Positions 18,918 to 27,711 are shown, counted from the first letter of the stretch. The stretch is DNA of 64,000 bases from a virus (IMGVR_UViG_3300013102_000004:6630-70629); one strand, 5' to 3'. Notes: a model not told the origin generated them from the sequence alone. Numbers and translations: made by a program.

Positions 18918-18949
18918 ATGTTATTTCCTTTGATTGGTGTTTCTTAAAG

Positions 18950-19021
18950 TGCCCTCCCACGGAATCGAACCGTGAACTGTCGGGCTTCAACCGACCACTT
19001 TTCCAGTTAAGCTAAAAGGGC
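18950..19021 (-). tRNA. tRNA-Phe (anticodon GAA)
   Basis: acceptor GCCCTTT/GGAGGGC, anticodon stem GTCGG/CCGAC, loop TTGAAGC, T-arm CACGG-TTCGATT-CCGTG. Confidence 0.6.
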
Positions 19022-19119
19022 TTGGTGGAGCGCCTGTTTACCTGTCCCGCGCCCCTGTGAGACTTAAAGCTTTGGGCTTGATCAAATTGCTACCGAGACG
19101 AGCGGTACCCAATGCTTTG

Positions 19120-19191
19120 TCAGACTGGTTGGATTCGAACCAACGATTTCTCCTGTCCAAGAGGAGTAGATTACCACTTTCTCACAGCCTG
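19120..19191 (-). tRNA. tRNA-Pro (anticodon TGG)
   Basis: acceptor CAGGCTG/CAGTCTG, anticodon stem CTCCT/AGGAG, loop CTTGGAC, T-arm GTTGG-TTCGAAT-CCAAC. Confidence 0.6.
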
Positions 19192-19257
19192 TTATGCCAG
19201 ATTTCTTGAGGATACCCTCTGGCTAGGTACTAACGAATTATTTGTTCATCCTCGTTG

Positions 19258-19329
19258 TCGGGATACGGGGACTTGAACCCCGCCCGTACGGACCCAAACC
19301 GCACATGCAACCGTATACACCTTATCCCG
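19258..19329 (-). tRNA. tRNA with anticodon TGG (second Pro-type copy; isotype tentative)
   Basis: acceptor CGGGATA/TATCCCG, anticodon stem TGCGG/CCGTA, loop TTTGGGT, T-arm CGGGG-TTCAAGT-CCCCG. Confidence 0.45.
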
Positions 19330-19384
19330 ATATGATAGTTTTTACCCGGTTGATCATTCCGGCACTGTGGCAACTATCAAAGCG

Positions 19385-19457
19385 TCCCCGCGACCGGAAT
19401 TGAACCGGCCCTAAATGCTCGACAGGCATTTGTGCTACACCAATACACTACGCGGGG
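19385..19457 (-). tRNA. tRNA-Asp (anticodon GTC)
   Basis: acceptor CCCCGCG/CGCGGGG, anticodon stem AATGC/GCATT, loop CTGTCGA. Confidence 0.6.
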
Positions 19458-19586
19458 ATTACATGAATTTATAGTCGTCATGCCGACTAGAGGCGCAGAA
19501 GAGTTAAAGTTTTTTGTGTGGGCGATTAACTCCACCTTGCTCTTCTGCCTCCACCACCAATTCTTTAAGGAAATTGGAAACCATTG

Positions 19587-19657
19587 TGGAGCTACGGGGA
19601 GTCGAACCCCGATTGTCGGTATGCAAAACCGATGTTCTACCATTGAACTATAGCCCC
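19587..19657 (-). tRNA. tRNA-Ala (anticodon TGC)
   Basis: acceptor GGGGCTA/TAGCTCC with a G3:U70 pair, D-arm GTTC-AATGGTA-GAAC, loop TTTGCAT. Confidence 0.65.
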
Positions 19658-19695
19658 ATTGGGTATCTAATGGTAGCATACCCCTAACTTATTTG

Positions 19696-19831
19696 TCAAC
19701 GTATGATTTCGATGACACCTTCATCACGCAATTCCTGAACAAACTTAAACAAGAATCCTTCGTAAGAGTAATCCCCTACGCGCAGTCCTGCCTTCAGTTC
19801 CGAAGCGTACTGTTCAATCAACTCATGCATT
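19696..19831 (-). CDS. small hypothetical protein (about 44 aa)
   Basis: ATG preceded by GGAGA RBS; below the ORF-track cutoff. Confidence 0.25.
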
Positions 19832-19838
19832 CTGTCTC

Positions 19839-20114
19839 CTATGGTACAGGGATAAAGATAACTTCGCTACCCTTGGTCAAACACTGAATGTTGTTGCCTT
19901 CGAACTCGATGATCTTACCATCTTTTTGTTCGCACTGTGCCCGAAAATAATCCTTCGTGGCGTTGTAGTTGTCTACATAGTTTCCCAGACCCGCGCCAAA
20001 AACGCAAAGTGCAGCACCGAGAACAACCAATCCTGACAGGTCATCGGTCACGGTCAAAATGTAAGTACCGCAAATGGCAATTACTGCTGCAATTATGATT
20101 AATATTGTAGTCAA
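19839..20114 (-). CDS. small membrane protein
   Basis: two hydrophobic helices. Confidence 0.35.
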   Translation of the reverse strand: MTTILIIIAAVIAICGTYILTVTDDLSGLVVLGAALCVFGAGLGNYVDNYNATKDYFRAQCEQKDGKIIEFEGNNIQCLTKGSEVIFIPVP

Positions 20115-20386
20115 GCTGCTTCACCTCGTGTTTGAATAACTCTGTAACCCTTGTCTTCTGACCATAGTACAGCCAATGGTGTGTTGTCAAGTGCTCTAAG
20201 GTGCGGAGTCCATTCCATCCCGAAACCATTACGATACGTCATACATAGTCTAAGAAAACCATCTATGTCTGTTCTCCACCAGTCATCTTCCTCAAACACT
20301 GGCATTCCAACTTCACAATGCACCATACAGTAATACATAATTCTCCTATAGGACTGGATTACGGTTTCTGACAGGCACATTTGCAT
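20111..20386 (-). CDS. hypothetical protein
   Basis: 91-aa ORF. Confidence 0.35.
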   Translation of the reverse strand: MQMCLSETVIQSYRRIMYYCMVHCEVGMPVFEEDDWWRTDIDGFLRLCMTYRNGFGMEWTPHLRALDNTPLAVLWSEDKGYRVIQTRGEAA

Positions 20387-20981
20387 GACCGCCCTGAGCT
20401 ACCGCCCGAAGTGGTCCCTGAACGTCAATATCCAAGTAACCGCCTACGTCATCAGGCTCTTCAAGGAACGTCCACTGGTCTGAATCTTCCTTGCGCCAAA
20501 TACGATTCAGCACACAAGCGTAGTATCCACCGTTAATGGCTTCTCTTGGGCTGTTGATCTTCGGCCCTAGTGCTCTCCACCCGGCAGGCAAGGCCGCAAT
20601 GGCTGGTTCCTGCATAGTAGTTTGCGATTGGACTGACGAATTAAATGCATCTAGCACTTCCCTATCGGGAACGACCAAGTTTTCTGAGATGTAGCGTGGT
20701 ATGTCCTGAATCCTGATCCACGATCCCGGCTCGGTTGGAGGGTTGCCTAGAGCCTCTGACAACAACTCAATCAAAGTCTTGGAAACTGGCTCGTAATCCT
20801 CATAGTTCTGCTCGTCCATCTCAATGTCAGTCAGATCATTCCAGTCTTCGACTGTGTCTGCTGGACCTGGATTTTCCAAGTCGAACCCGGCAAGCTCAAA
20901 CATGCCTAGCATCTGATCTTCTCGTGCTTTTACCTGTTCGGCATTTGCTACAAGTGATTGTAGTTCGTCAAGAATTGACAT
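20346..20981 (-). CDS. hypothetical protein
   Basis: 211-aa acidic ORF. Confidence 0.45.
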   Translation of the reverse strand: MSILDELQSLVANAEQVKAREDQMLGMFELAGFDLENPGPADTVEDWNDLTDIEMDEQNYEDYEPVSKTLIELLSEALGNPPTEPGSWIRIQDIPRYISENLVVPDREVLDAFNSSVQSQTTMQEPAIAALPAGWRALGPKINSPREAINGGYYACVLNRIWRKEDSDQWTFLEEPDDVGGYLDIDVQGPLRAVAQGGHANVPVRNRNPVL

Positions 20982-21118
20982 TTAGATTTCCTTTATCTTG
21001 TGGTCTCCGTGAACCTTAAGTTCATCGTCTGGGTTCATCATGAATGTCTGGTTGATTCCATCACTGTACGTAACGACAACATTGACTGGCTGAATAGCCT
21101 TATATTTAATCACTAATA

Positions 21119-21189
21119 GAAGTTGGTAGCGGAGTCCCGGAATCGCACCGAGTTGCCGGAGGTTATGAGCCTCTGTGAGATTCTTACCT
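21119..21189 (-). other. pseudo-tRNA-like element (anticodon loop CTCATAA = CAT; aberrant T-loop TGCGATT; 3' tail T-ACCA encoded)
   Basis: acceptor pairs for only 5 of 7 bp; abuts tRNA-Val by 3 nt. Confidence 0.3.
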
Positions 21190-21192
21190 CCC

Positions 21193-21265
21193 ACCCGCAC
21201 GGTCGTCCTCGTGAGATTCGAACTCACATGTCGCGGTATGTAAAACCGGTGCTTCCCCATCAAGC
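21193..21265 (-). tRNA. tRNA-Val (anticodon TAC)
   Basis: D-stem GCTT/AAGC, loop TTTACAT, T-arm GTGAG-TTCGAAT-CTCAC; acceptor CGTCCTG/GAGGACG with one 7:66 mismatch. Confidence 0.5.
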
Positions 21266-21479
21266 CACAGGACGTTAAAGCGGAAGATTGAGGTGTCGAT
21301 CCCCATGCAGTATTACCGCACCAGCCGCTTTCAAGGCGGTCCCAGAGGCCGCTCTGGTTAATCTTCCAAACACACGTTCCTCTTCCAGGAGTCTACGTGC
21401 AACTAACAGAGTGCTGTACCAGAGAGTTGAACTCTGCAATGCCAATGTATCAGATTGGTCTCGTCACCGGCTGAGTCGT

Positions 21480-21523
21480 ACAGCATTACCCATACTACAC
21501 TATATACAAACCTATTGCAAGTG
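21480..21523. other. perfect 13-bp inverted repeat hairpin (cccatactacact / agtgtagtatggg) with an 18-nt loop inside an ORF-free region
   Basis: seen directly in the sequence. Confidence 0.6.
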
Positions 21524-21851
21524 TAGTATGGGTGTGTTACGGTCAGGCTGTCAGTTCCCATCCCATCCTGATAACAGCCATAGGAACACACTCAATGTTC
21601 TTACCAAGCTGTTTTTCCAGGAGTACCGGAAGGAGGTCTATCAGGTGAACTAGCATACTATCATCCAGTTCAGGGAAATTCAAGTAGATTTCAGCCACAT
21701 CACGCTCCGTCTAGTTATCTTTCTCACACACTCGGGATATCTTGGACCAAGCGGTCAGTCTGTGTCAACTTGCCTGGTCACTGGAACTACACGCCTGTAA
21801 TTCCCTCTCATCATAGCTTGTGCTGGCCGTGATGGGAGGGTTACACGCGGC

Positions 21852-22202
21852 CTAATCGTCATCAAATCTCGTTACGAACTTGTGACTACTGTTAGTCTTG
21901 ACTTCACGTTCTTCGTCTGCTAGTACCGCATAGACGTAAGCTCTGAGGTCTTCCCGCCTTATGTAACCTTGACCTTCTGAGTCACAGATCATGATCGTTG
22001 CATCGTTCCAAGCTCCGTCAGGTGGGTTTAGCCAGAGTGCGCTAGTGCCCCGCTCAAGCGCTCGGTTCATCCGAACCGGGTCGTAGCCACACTCAATCGC
22101 CAGATCAAAGCTGAACGGCCATGAAGCTGGACTATCGGTCACTGTGGACCATTCGATATACTCATCATGCTCTTCATCAAGTTTGAAAATATATCTGCCC
22201 AT
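21852..22202 (-). CDS. hypothetical protein (start trimmed)
   Basis: the listed N-terminus 22203-22265 overlaps tRNA-Cys, so start moved to the internal Met. Confidence 0.35.
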   Translation of the reverse strand: MGRYIFKLDEEHDEYIEWSTVTDSPASWPFSFDLAIECGYDPVRMNRALERGTSALWLNPPDGAWNDATIMICDSEGQGYIRREDLRAYVYAVLADEEREVKTNSSHKFVTRFDDD

Positions 22203-22223
22203 GAACTTCTTTCGGTAGTTTTG

Positions 22224-22295
22224 GACCGCAATACGGGAGTCGAACCCGTCTATCAGGATTTGCAATCCTGCACCTAGTCCGATCGGTCAATTGCG
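22224..22295 (-). tRNA. tRNA-Cys (anticodon GCA)
   Basis: acceptor CCGCAAT/ATTGCGG, loop TTGCAAA, discriminator U as expected for Cys. Confidence 0.6.
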
Positions 22296-22298
22296 GTT

Positions 22299-22369
22299 GT
22301 GCCAGAGGCGGGGATCGAACCCACTATAATCTTCTTATGAGAAAGATCGGCTGCCATAGCTCTCTCTGG
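22299..22369 (-). tRNA. tRNA-Met (anticodon CAT; could be Ile2 or initiator)
   Basis: acceptor GCCAGAG/CTCTGGC, loop CTCATAA, T-loop TTCGATC. Confidence 0.55.
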
Positions 22370-22639
22370 CTTAGAAGTCTGGATTTGGTTTTGTACAGAC
22401 TTCAGGATTTACATGTTTCCAACCTATATGGTAGAAGATCGGTTCCTTACAGGTCCAGCAGTGATCGTAATTATCTGGATCATCAAATGGATCAATCTCT
22501 TCCACGTAGTTGAACCTTGACTGTATCGTCTGGATTCTCAGCGTAGTCTTTCAAGTCCTGCAATGCTTCTGGGTTTCGATTTAGTCTAGCTAGAACCTCA
22601 TCCATCTGCTTCATTGCTCTTCTCGATATCATAAACATT

Positions 22640-22960
22640 TTATCTTAACTCTTTCTCTGGATGCAAGTTCTTATGTAACTCGTATACATATTCTGCTTTG
22701 CATCTTGATTCTGCTGTCCAAATTGGCAAGTCAAACCCGGTTGATCCATCAAAGTCCTTGAACGCTTCGTACTCGTATTTAACAGACTTGCTGATCTTTG
22801 GATTTTCTTTTTGTAACTTTACCAGCTCGTAAGCAAATGTGTCAAATTCCTTGTCTGTCAGGATAGGGGTATCAAACACATAGTATAGAGCTGAGTGGAT
22901 CACTAGCATTCGTCTGAGCTGATTGATTCTCTCAGGCGTTGTTTGTACGTACTCCGACAT
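22640..22960 (-). CDS. NAD-dependent DNA ligase domain Ia-like small protein
   Basis: INQLRRMLVIHSALYYVFDTPILTDKEFDTFAYELVKLQKENP parallels the LigA N-terminal block LRxxLxxHxxxYHVxDxPxIxDxEYDxLxxELxxLExxHP; probable start at Met 22960. Confidence 0.4.
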   Translation of the reverse strand: MSEYVQTTPERINQLRRMLVIHSALYYVFDTPILTDKEFDTFAYELVKLQKENPKISKSVKYEYEAFKDFDGSTGFDLPIWTAESRCKAEYVYELHKNLHPEKELR

Positions 22961-23345
22961 GAATAACCTCACCCGGCGTTTTCTGTAGAAGTTCAATGTG
23001 TTCAGGTCGAACGTCCCATTGACATTGATCAACTTGTCCTCCGAAGCAAGCGCAACGTGTTTCGTTACCGCCAACTACTTCAAAACTTTTGATCATGTAA
23101 AGAACCTTACCACAACTTACACAACAGTTGTGCAAACAGCAACCATGTTCGCAGACAATTTGATCATGATTCCATAATCTTAAAACATTATCCTCTTCGA
23201 ACTCAAACCATCCTGCATAGTCCCAGGTTGGCTCAGTGCCAACATACTTGTATGCAGTAATTTCCGAGCATTCACACGTTTCATGGTCTACATATGGTAT
23301 ATCTTTATTTGTTTCCACGCACCCTCGTACGGTACCGCCCCGCAT
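22932..23345 (-). CDS. Cys-rich putative zinc-binding protein
   Basis: 16 Cys residues including CEHGCCLHNCCVSCGK; overlaps the next gene out of frame. Confidence 0.4.
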   Translation of the reverse strand: MRGGTVRGCVETNKDIPYVDHETCECSEITAYKYVGTEPTWDYAGWFEFEEDNVLRLWNHDQIVCEHGCCLHNCCVSCGKVLYMIKSFEVVGGNETRCACFGGQVDQCQWDVRPEHIELLQKTPGEVIHVGVRTNNA

Positions 23346-23426
23346 TCAGTGGGTTTGGAAGCCACTACATCACTTTAATGCTTCGAGGGTTTAGTTTAGT
23401 AAGCGGAGTAGTGCCCACTAAACAGA

Positions 23427-23499
23427 GCTGGTAGGATAGGAATCGAACCTATAATGGCTCTGATTCAAAGTCAGAGTTGCGCGCCAATGCACACCTACC
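23427..23499 (-). tRNA. tRNA-Gln (anticodon TTG)
   Basis: U1:A72 acceptor TGGTAGG/CCTACCA, discriminator G, anticodon stem TCTGA/TCAGA, loop CTTTGAA. Confidence 0.6.
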
Positions 23500-23586
23500 A
23501 TTGGTCTCAATACTAGCTCTTTCACGCTAGATTACTCCCTCCAAATGGAAGCGGATTATACTTATCCTATACTGAGAGTCTAACTG

Positions 23587-23656
23587 ATTGATTTATCAGG
23601 AATCAAACCTGATCTTCCCGAACCCCGCCGGTCGCACTATCATTATACTATAAACC
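23587..23656 (-). other. degenerate tRNA-like element (T-arm TCAGG-TTTGATT-CCTGA plus acceptor TGGTTTA/TAAATCA; no canonical anticodon arm; GC-rich insert with a second T-loop-like motif)
   Basis: manual folding fails for positions 27-43. Confidence 0.3.
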
Positions 23657-23663
23657 AATCTAC

Positions 23664-23738
23664 GGGCCGCTTAACGGATTCGAACCGTTGACCGGTCGCT
23701 TACAAGGCGACTGCTCTGGCCGGACTGAGCTAAAGCGG
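23664..23738 (-). tRNA. tRNA-Thr (anticodon TGT)
   Basis: acceptor GCCGCTT/AAGCGGC, anticodon stem GTCGC/GCGAC, loop CTTGTAA. Confidence 0.6.
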
Positions 23739-23819
23739 CTTTCGTTAATATACTTGGATTCTAACCAAGGTCACCGAGCGGTAAGCCAAGTGTGCTCCAT
23801 TACACCATATATCAACTGC

Positions 23820-23891
23820 GAGCTACTACGACGAATCGAACGCCGATTCCTTCATTACAAAAGAAGTGTAATTGCCGTTATACTATAGTAG
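23820..23891 (-). tRNA. tRNA with anticodon TGT (second Thr-type copy; 31:39 U-U mismatch)
   Basis: acceptor GCTACTA/TAGTAGC, loop TTTGTAA, T-arm CGGCG-TTCGATT-CGTCG. Confidence 0.45.
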
Positions 23892-23975
23892 CAGTGGAAA
23901 GCAGTAAGGTCGTGAGATGCTTACTGCTTTCCGGTCTAACAATGTTAACACACTGGCAGTGTGAGTGTCAACTGT

Positions 23976-24857
23976 TTAAAACCAGGGAATCTTTGTTGCT
24001 GGTTCAGGGTCTTCGTAATCAATGTCATCTTCCGTTTCAGGAATTTCGTCTTCATCGTTACCATCCCAAACATACGCTGTGCTGTACTCGTTGTCAAGTA
24101 CCTGAATGACCTTGTAACGGCAAGTACGTAGCTTCTGGTCTCCACAGTCTGTGGGAACCGAAACAACATCTCTTGGGTTAATGTGTACTTCCAGTGTAAC
24201 AGGTGCAAACGAACTTGCATAATTCCACGATCCAGCGTGCAATCCGAAGCTACAACCGTTGTTTGGATCAAACGTAACAGAGTCTCTCGGCATTTCGACA
24301 ACAGAACCCGGCTTGTTTGGTAAGTGAGCATGATTGTACCACTCACCGTCAACAATACCGTCACCAGCATGTTGCGAAGTAAAGTCATTTCGAACTCCCT
24401 TGTAGGCAATGAAGTCACCGTTCGTGCTGATGCTGAGCTGCTGAGCCTTCAACCAGCGGTACAGGTGAGTCTTGCTGTGTTCGTTTGGATTAGTGTTCAA
24501 CTTCTCCAAGAACAGAACTAGAGGCTTGAAATCCTCGTTGCCTTCATCGTAGAACCTCACGATAGTATCTGTCAACACGTCGTTAACGATACGTCCTTCG
24601 AACAACACATTACCATTGTGAATGGCAATCTGCTCCGACACCTTCTCAAAGCGTTCTGCAATTCCCTTGCTTGGGTCCAGAGACTCAAGTAAATTAGTTT
24701 CATCCTGAGGGTCGTTGCCAAATTCTGGGTCACGAACCGTTTCCAGGATACTATCAAACCTAGGATGATCGCCGGTAATGCTCTGCAATTCTCCTGCAAG
24801 CAATACCGTAAGATTCCTGAAGCCTGAGTTTTCTACGAGATTATACTTACTCGCCAT
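23976..24857 (-). CDS. hypothetical protein (partner of the GHKL ATPase)
   Basis: 293 aa; start overlaps the upstream gene end. Confidence 0.45.
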   Translation of the reverse strand: MASKYNLVENSGFRNLTVLLAGELQSITGDHPRFDSILETVRDPEFGNDPQDETNLLESLDPSKGIAERFEKVSEQIAIHNGNVLFEGRIVNDVLTDTIVRFYDEGNEDFKPLVLFLEKLNTNPNEHSKTHLYRWLKAQQLSISTNGDFIAYKGVRNDFTSQHAGDGIVDGEWYNHAHLPNKPGSVVEMPRDSVTFDPNNGCSFGLHAGSWNYASSFAPVTLEVHINPRDVVSVPTDCGDQKLRTCRYKVIQVLDNEYSTAYVWDGNDEDEIPETEDDIDYEDPEPATKIPWF

Positions 24858-26814
24858 CTTTCACCTTCTCTTGTTCATTATTGTAAATCCTATTAGCGTA
24901 CTCATGTAGATGTTCAATCATCAACGCAGCATTTTCACTGCTGGAATAGAAAGTAGCACCGTCGATCAATGGGTATTTGGCATACACCTTATCATGTTTT
25001 CCTCTGGGAGAAAATTCAGGGAACTTGTACTTCTCCCTTTCCCTCCAAGGCAACTGATTAGCTGCATCCCTAGCCCTTTTATACCGCGTCTCTTCTGGAT
25101 CTTCGGCATAACCAGACCCGGTGTATCTCAGAATTTTACTTAACTCTGGATCATCTATCTTCGTCCAGTCTAGCAAATAATCGTTACGATTGCCAGTGTA
25201 GAAGTAGTCAAAGAATTCAAAGTCTTCCTTGGTCATCCCCATCAGGTAATCCGTTACGAATTTATGATAGTAGTCAGCTATGAACTTAGCCTTAGGATAC
25301 AGTTTCTTAAATCTGTCCTCCTGAGACGGTGTAACATACACGAACTGAGTGTCATCATCTACTACGTTCATGAAGACGCTGCTGCCTTCTACGAGAGACT
25401 TGCTTCCATAGTAAATATCTAACTTAGCGTCAGGCACACACCATGTGAAGGATTTCTTTGGCTGAGCACCGCCGATCAACTCCCACGTCTTGGCTGTTCG
25501 TGCAACCTTGGCTTTGGCAGGAACGGTCATCTTTCTGACCTCATCCCAAGATACCACAGTATTCTCACGGAACAACTCAGGGAAAGGCTTGTACTCCTGA
25601 AGAATAACCTGATATTCGGTACCACGACCGATCTTAGTCAGATATTCTTTAAGTTTACGTGCCTGAACCTTAGTAAACTTATTGTTTTTCCAGCCAGTAA
25701 CGATCAGCATCTTATCATTAATGCCGTTGCTGTAAAGCCCATTGAACTGAACCGGACCGTAACTGGTACGACCAGTATCAATATTGGTTGACCATGCCGC
25801 GACTTGTGCTGCAACCATAGTCGGAAGAGCTGTGCCTCTATAAAAGAAACTCAGATTACGGCTACGGAAATCACGACGATACTTCTCTGACAACTCGAAA
25901 GCTTCTCTTGAGGTTTCACACTCTTCGATCTGTCTTTCTAAGTGACCCTTGAAGTAGGTCTCGAATTCAGCTTCCATCTTACGCAATGTTGCACGAGTGA
26001 TAGACGTATCCATAAGCTCTTCACGAGCCGGTGTGAAGTCAACTTCGCCCATACCAATAAAGTAAATTACTTGGTGGGTACCGATTAGCTGGTTTCCAGT
26101 TGGATAACTGACGTTACCCATGACAACACGATCTTCAGAATTGCTGTACGAACCTCTCGGAACAATTGCCAAATCAGAAGTTACGTATTCCAGATCGGAA
26201 TCAGGTTCCTGACCATTGACAATAATCATGCCCTTGGTTACATACTTGGCGAACTCATGAACCTTGTCATTGAATTCATCCATATCAACCTGTACCGGAA
26301 CCTTAATCAATACTCCGTTAGGTTCATCAGTAGGTCTAGAATCAACAATCTCGATGCTGCCTGAACCATCACTACTACGACTAATAGAGACAAGCAGTCT
26401 AGTGCCGTCCTTGACCGTAATAAGATTAAACTGTTCAGTGAATGTGAGAGCTGACTTGGAACCTAGACCAAGCATTCCTGCCTCTAGGTTGTTGCCACGC
26501 TTTGTTGAATTACCAAATTGACTATAGATATTTTCTATGTCATCTTCAGACATACCAACGCCGAAATCCTGCACTGTGAAGTACGGACTTAAACGACTTG
26601 GAGTTCCCAATTCAACAGGTCTAGACTGACCCGCTGCAAGATGACTATCTAAAGCATTTGTTGTGTATTCTCTAATGACTGCCCCGGCAGGATCAGAGTA
26701 CATATCGGACAAGACACTCATCAAGTGAACTAAACTATTAGCGTCTAGACTCATCTTGATTTCACGTCCACCAAGACTTCCATCAGTCCTGATATCTTTT
26801 GTGTTAACAAGCAT
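24847..26814 (-). CDS. GHKL-superfamily ATPase (Bergerat fold; Hsp90/MutL/topo-II-like)
   Basis: N-box REYTTNALDSH, G1 box QDFGVGMS, G2 box GMLGLGSKSA, in canonical order. Confidence 0.55.
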   Translation of the reverse strand: MLVNTKDIRTDGSLGGREIKMSLDANSLVHLMSVLSDMYSDPAGAVIREYTTNALDSHLAAGQSRPVELGTPSRLSPYFTVQDFGVGMSEDDIENIYSQFGNSTKRGNNLEAGMLGLGSKSALTFTEQFNLITVKDGTRLLVSISRSSDGSGSIEIVDSRPTDEPNGVLIKVPVQVDMDEFNDKVHEFAKYVTKGMIIVNGQEPDSDLEYVTSDLAIVPRGSYSNSEDRVVMGNVSYPTGNQLIGTHQVIYFIGMGEVDFTPAREELMDTSITRATLRKMEAEFETYFKGHLERQIEECETSREAFELSEKYRRDFRSRNLSFFYRGTALPTMVAAQVAAWSTNIDTGRTSYGPVQFNGLYSNGINDKMLIVTGWKNNKFTKVQARKLKEYLTKIGRGTEYQVILQEYKPFPELFRENTVVSWDEVRKMTVPAKAKVARTAKTWELIGGAQPKKSFTWCVPDAKLDIYYGSKSLVEGSSVFMNVVDDDTQFVYVTPSQEDRFKKLYPKAKFIADYYHKFVTDYLMGMTKEDFEFFDYFYTGNRNDYLLDWTKIDDPELSKILRYTGSGYAEDPEETRYKRARDAANQLPWREREKYKFPEFSPRGKHDKVYAKYPLIDGATFYSSSENAALMIEHLHEYANRIYNNEQEKVKDGE

Positions 26815-26844
26815 TCAGATAATGCCTCTCTGTTATGTTGTAGA

Positions 26845-26933
26845 GCGGAAGATAAGGGATTCGAACCCTTGGTGGGACTTGCGCCCCACGCTGGTTTAGC
26901 AAACCAGTGCCTTAGACCTCTCAGCCAATCTTC
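26845..26933 (-). tRNA. tRNA-Ser (anticodon GCT), type II
   Basis: acceptor GGAAGAT/ATCTTCC, anticodon stem CTGGT/ACCAG, loop TTGCTAA, variable arm of about 19 nt. Confidence 0.6.
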
Positions 26934-26939
26934 CTTAGG

Positions 26940-27344
26940 TCAGTTCGTTCTCAGACCCGCGTTTTTGAGTTCCCAATACTCTTTAGCTTTACCTTCTGGA
27001 ATAATCGGTTCAAACATTGCAAAACTATGATTCTGATCAAGATGCAAAGCTAGAGCTGCATATTCAATAAATTCAAGAACAACAAGTTCTACCAGCTTAT
27101 CAATCTCGTACTGGGAGATTTCGGTAGAATCCCGTTCAAAATGGTCTTCTAGCTCTTCCGCTGACAATTCCCAATCAATCCGTTCTCGGAGATGGTGCAT
27201 ATCAAAATTATGAACGTTAATAATGTATTCGAAAGTATCCTTGTACGGAATGTAATATCGACGTATCACCCAATGCATCTTATGCTTATCGAACTCTACT
27301 TGAACTTCTGACGCTTGTATCTTGTTTCTGGCTTCTTGATTCAC
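26940..27344 (-). CDS. hypothetical protein
   Basis: 134-aa ORF. Confidence 0.4.
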   Translation of the reverse strand: MNQEARNKIQASEVQVEFDKHKMHWVIRRYYIPYKDTFEYIINVHNFDMHHLRERIDWELSAEELEDHFERDSTEISQYEIDKLVELVVLEFIEYAALALHLDQNHSFAMFEPIIPEGKAKEYWELKNAGLRTN

Positions 27345-27475
27345 TACTGTTCCTTAGGTTGGTCGTGACGACGGGTTCACCATACCCGCGACTTTTTCCT
27401 ATCGAGAAAATGTTTTTTCAGGGCTACCAATCTTAGCACATGCATTTACTTAGATTGTCTATACTACATCACGAG

Positions 27476-27545
27476 TCCTCTCCCTGAGGCTCGAACTCAG
27501 ATCAACGGTGTCACAAACCGTCCGCTTGCCGATTAGCGTAAGAGG
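27476..27545 (-). tRNA. tRNA-His (anticodon GTG), acceptor atypical
   Basis: anticodon stem ACGGT/ACCGT, loop TTGTGAC, T-arm CTGAG-TTCGAGC-CTCAG; no obvious G-1. Confidence 0.45.
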
Positions 27546-27638
27546 GGTTATAAGTTTAAGAGTTTTAGCGTCCGAAAACTTATCAAACTAGGACCGTTCT
27601 GTTTATTTTATGGTAGCTTTTTGAACTCGAAGCTCCCG

Positions 27639-27711
27639 CTTCCCAGGCTGGAATCGAACCAACGGAGGCAACATTCAGAGTGTTGCTAGCCTGCCAACAG
27701 ACTGCTGGGAA
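27639..27711 (-). tRNA. tRNA-Gln (anticodon CTG)
   Basis: U1:A72 acceptor TTCCCAG/CTGGGAA, discriminator G, anticodon stem CAACA/TGTTG, loop CTCTGAA. Confidence 0.55.

Noticed and set aside
21119-21850. tmRNA (ssrA) hypothesis: a tRNA-like 3' end with encoded ACCA next to a long structured region
   Set aside because: An intact tRNA-Val gene lies between the tRNA-like 3' element and the structured region. No tag-peptide reading frame ending in ..AA-stop was found.
21290-21850. RNase P RNA
   Set aside because: The conserved P4 and GGAAAGTCCGG-type motifs are absent on both strands.
23741-23830. T-arm-like hairpin cttgg-attctaa-ccaag as an additional tRNA
   Set aside because: Loop position 56 is A rather than C, and no acceptor, D-arm or anticodon arm can be formed. 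It is probably a plain hairpin.
27362-27400. + strand hairpin cgggt-tcaccat-acccg followed by TTTTT as a rho-independent terminator
   Set aside because: No + strand gene lies upstream, and the stem is short with internal mismatches. It may terminate antisense transcription but is not supported as a feature.
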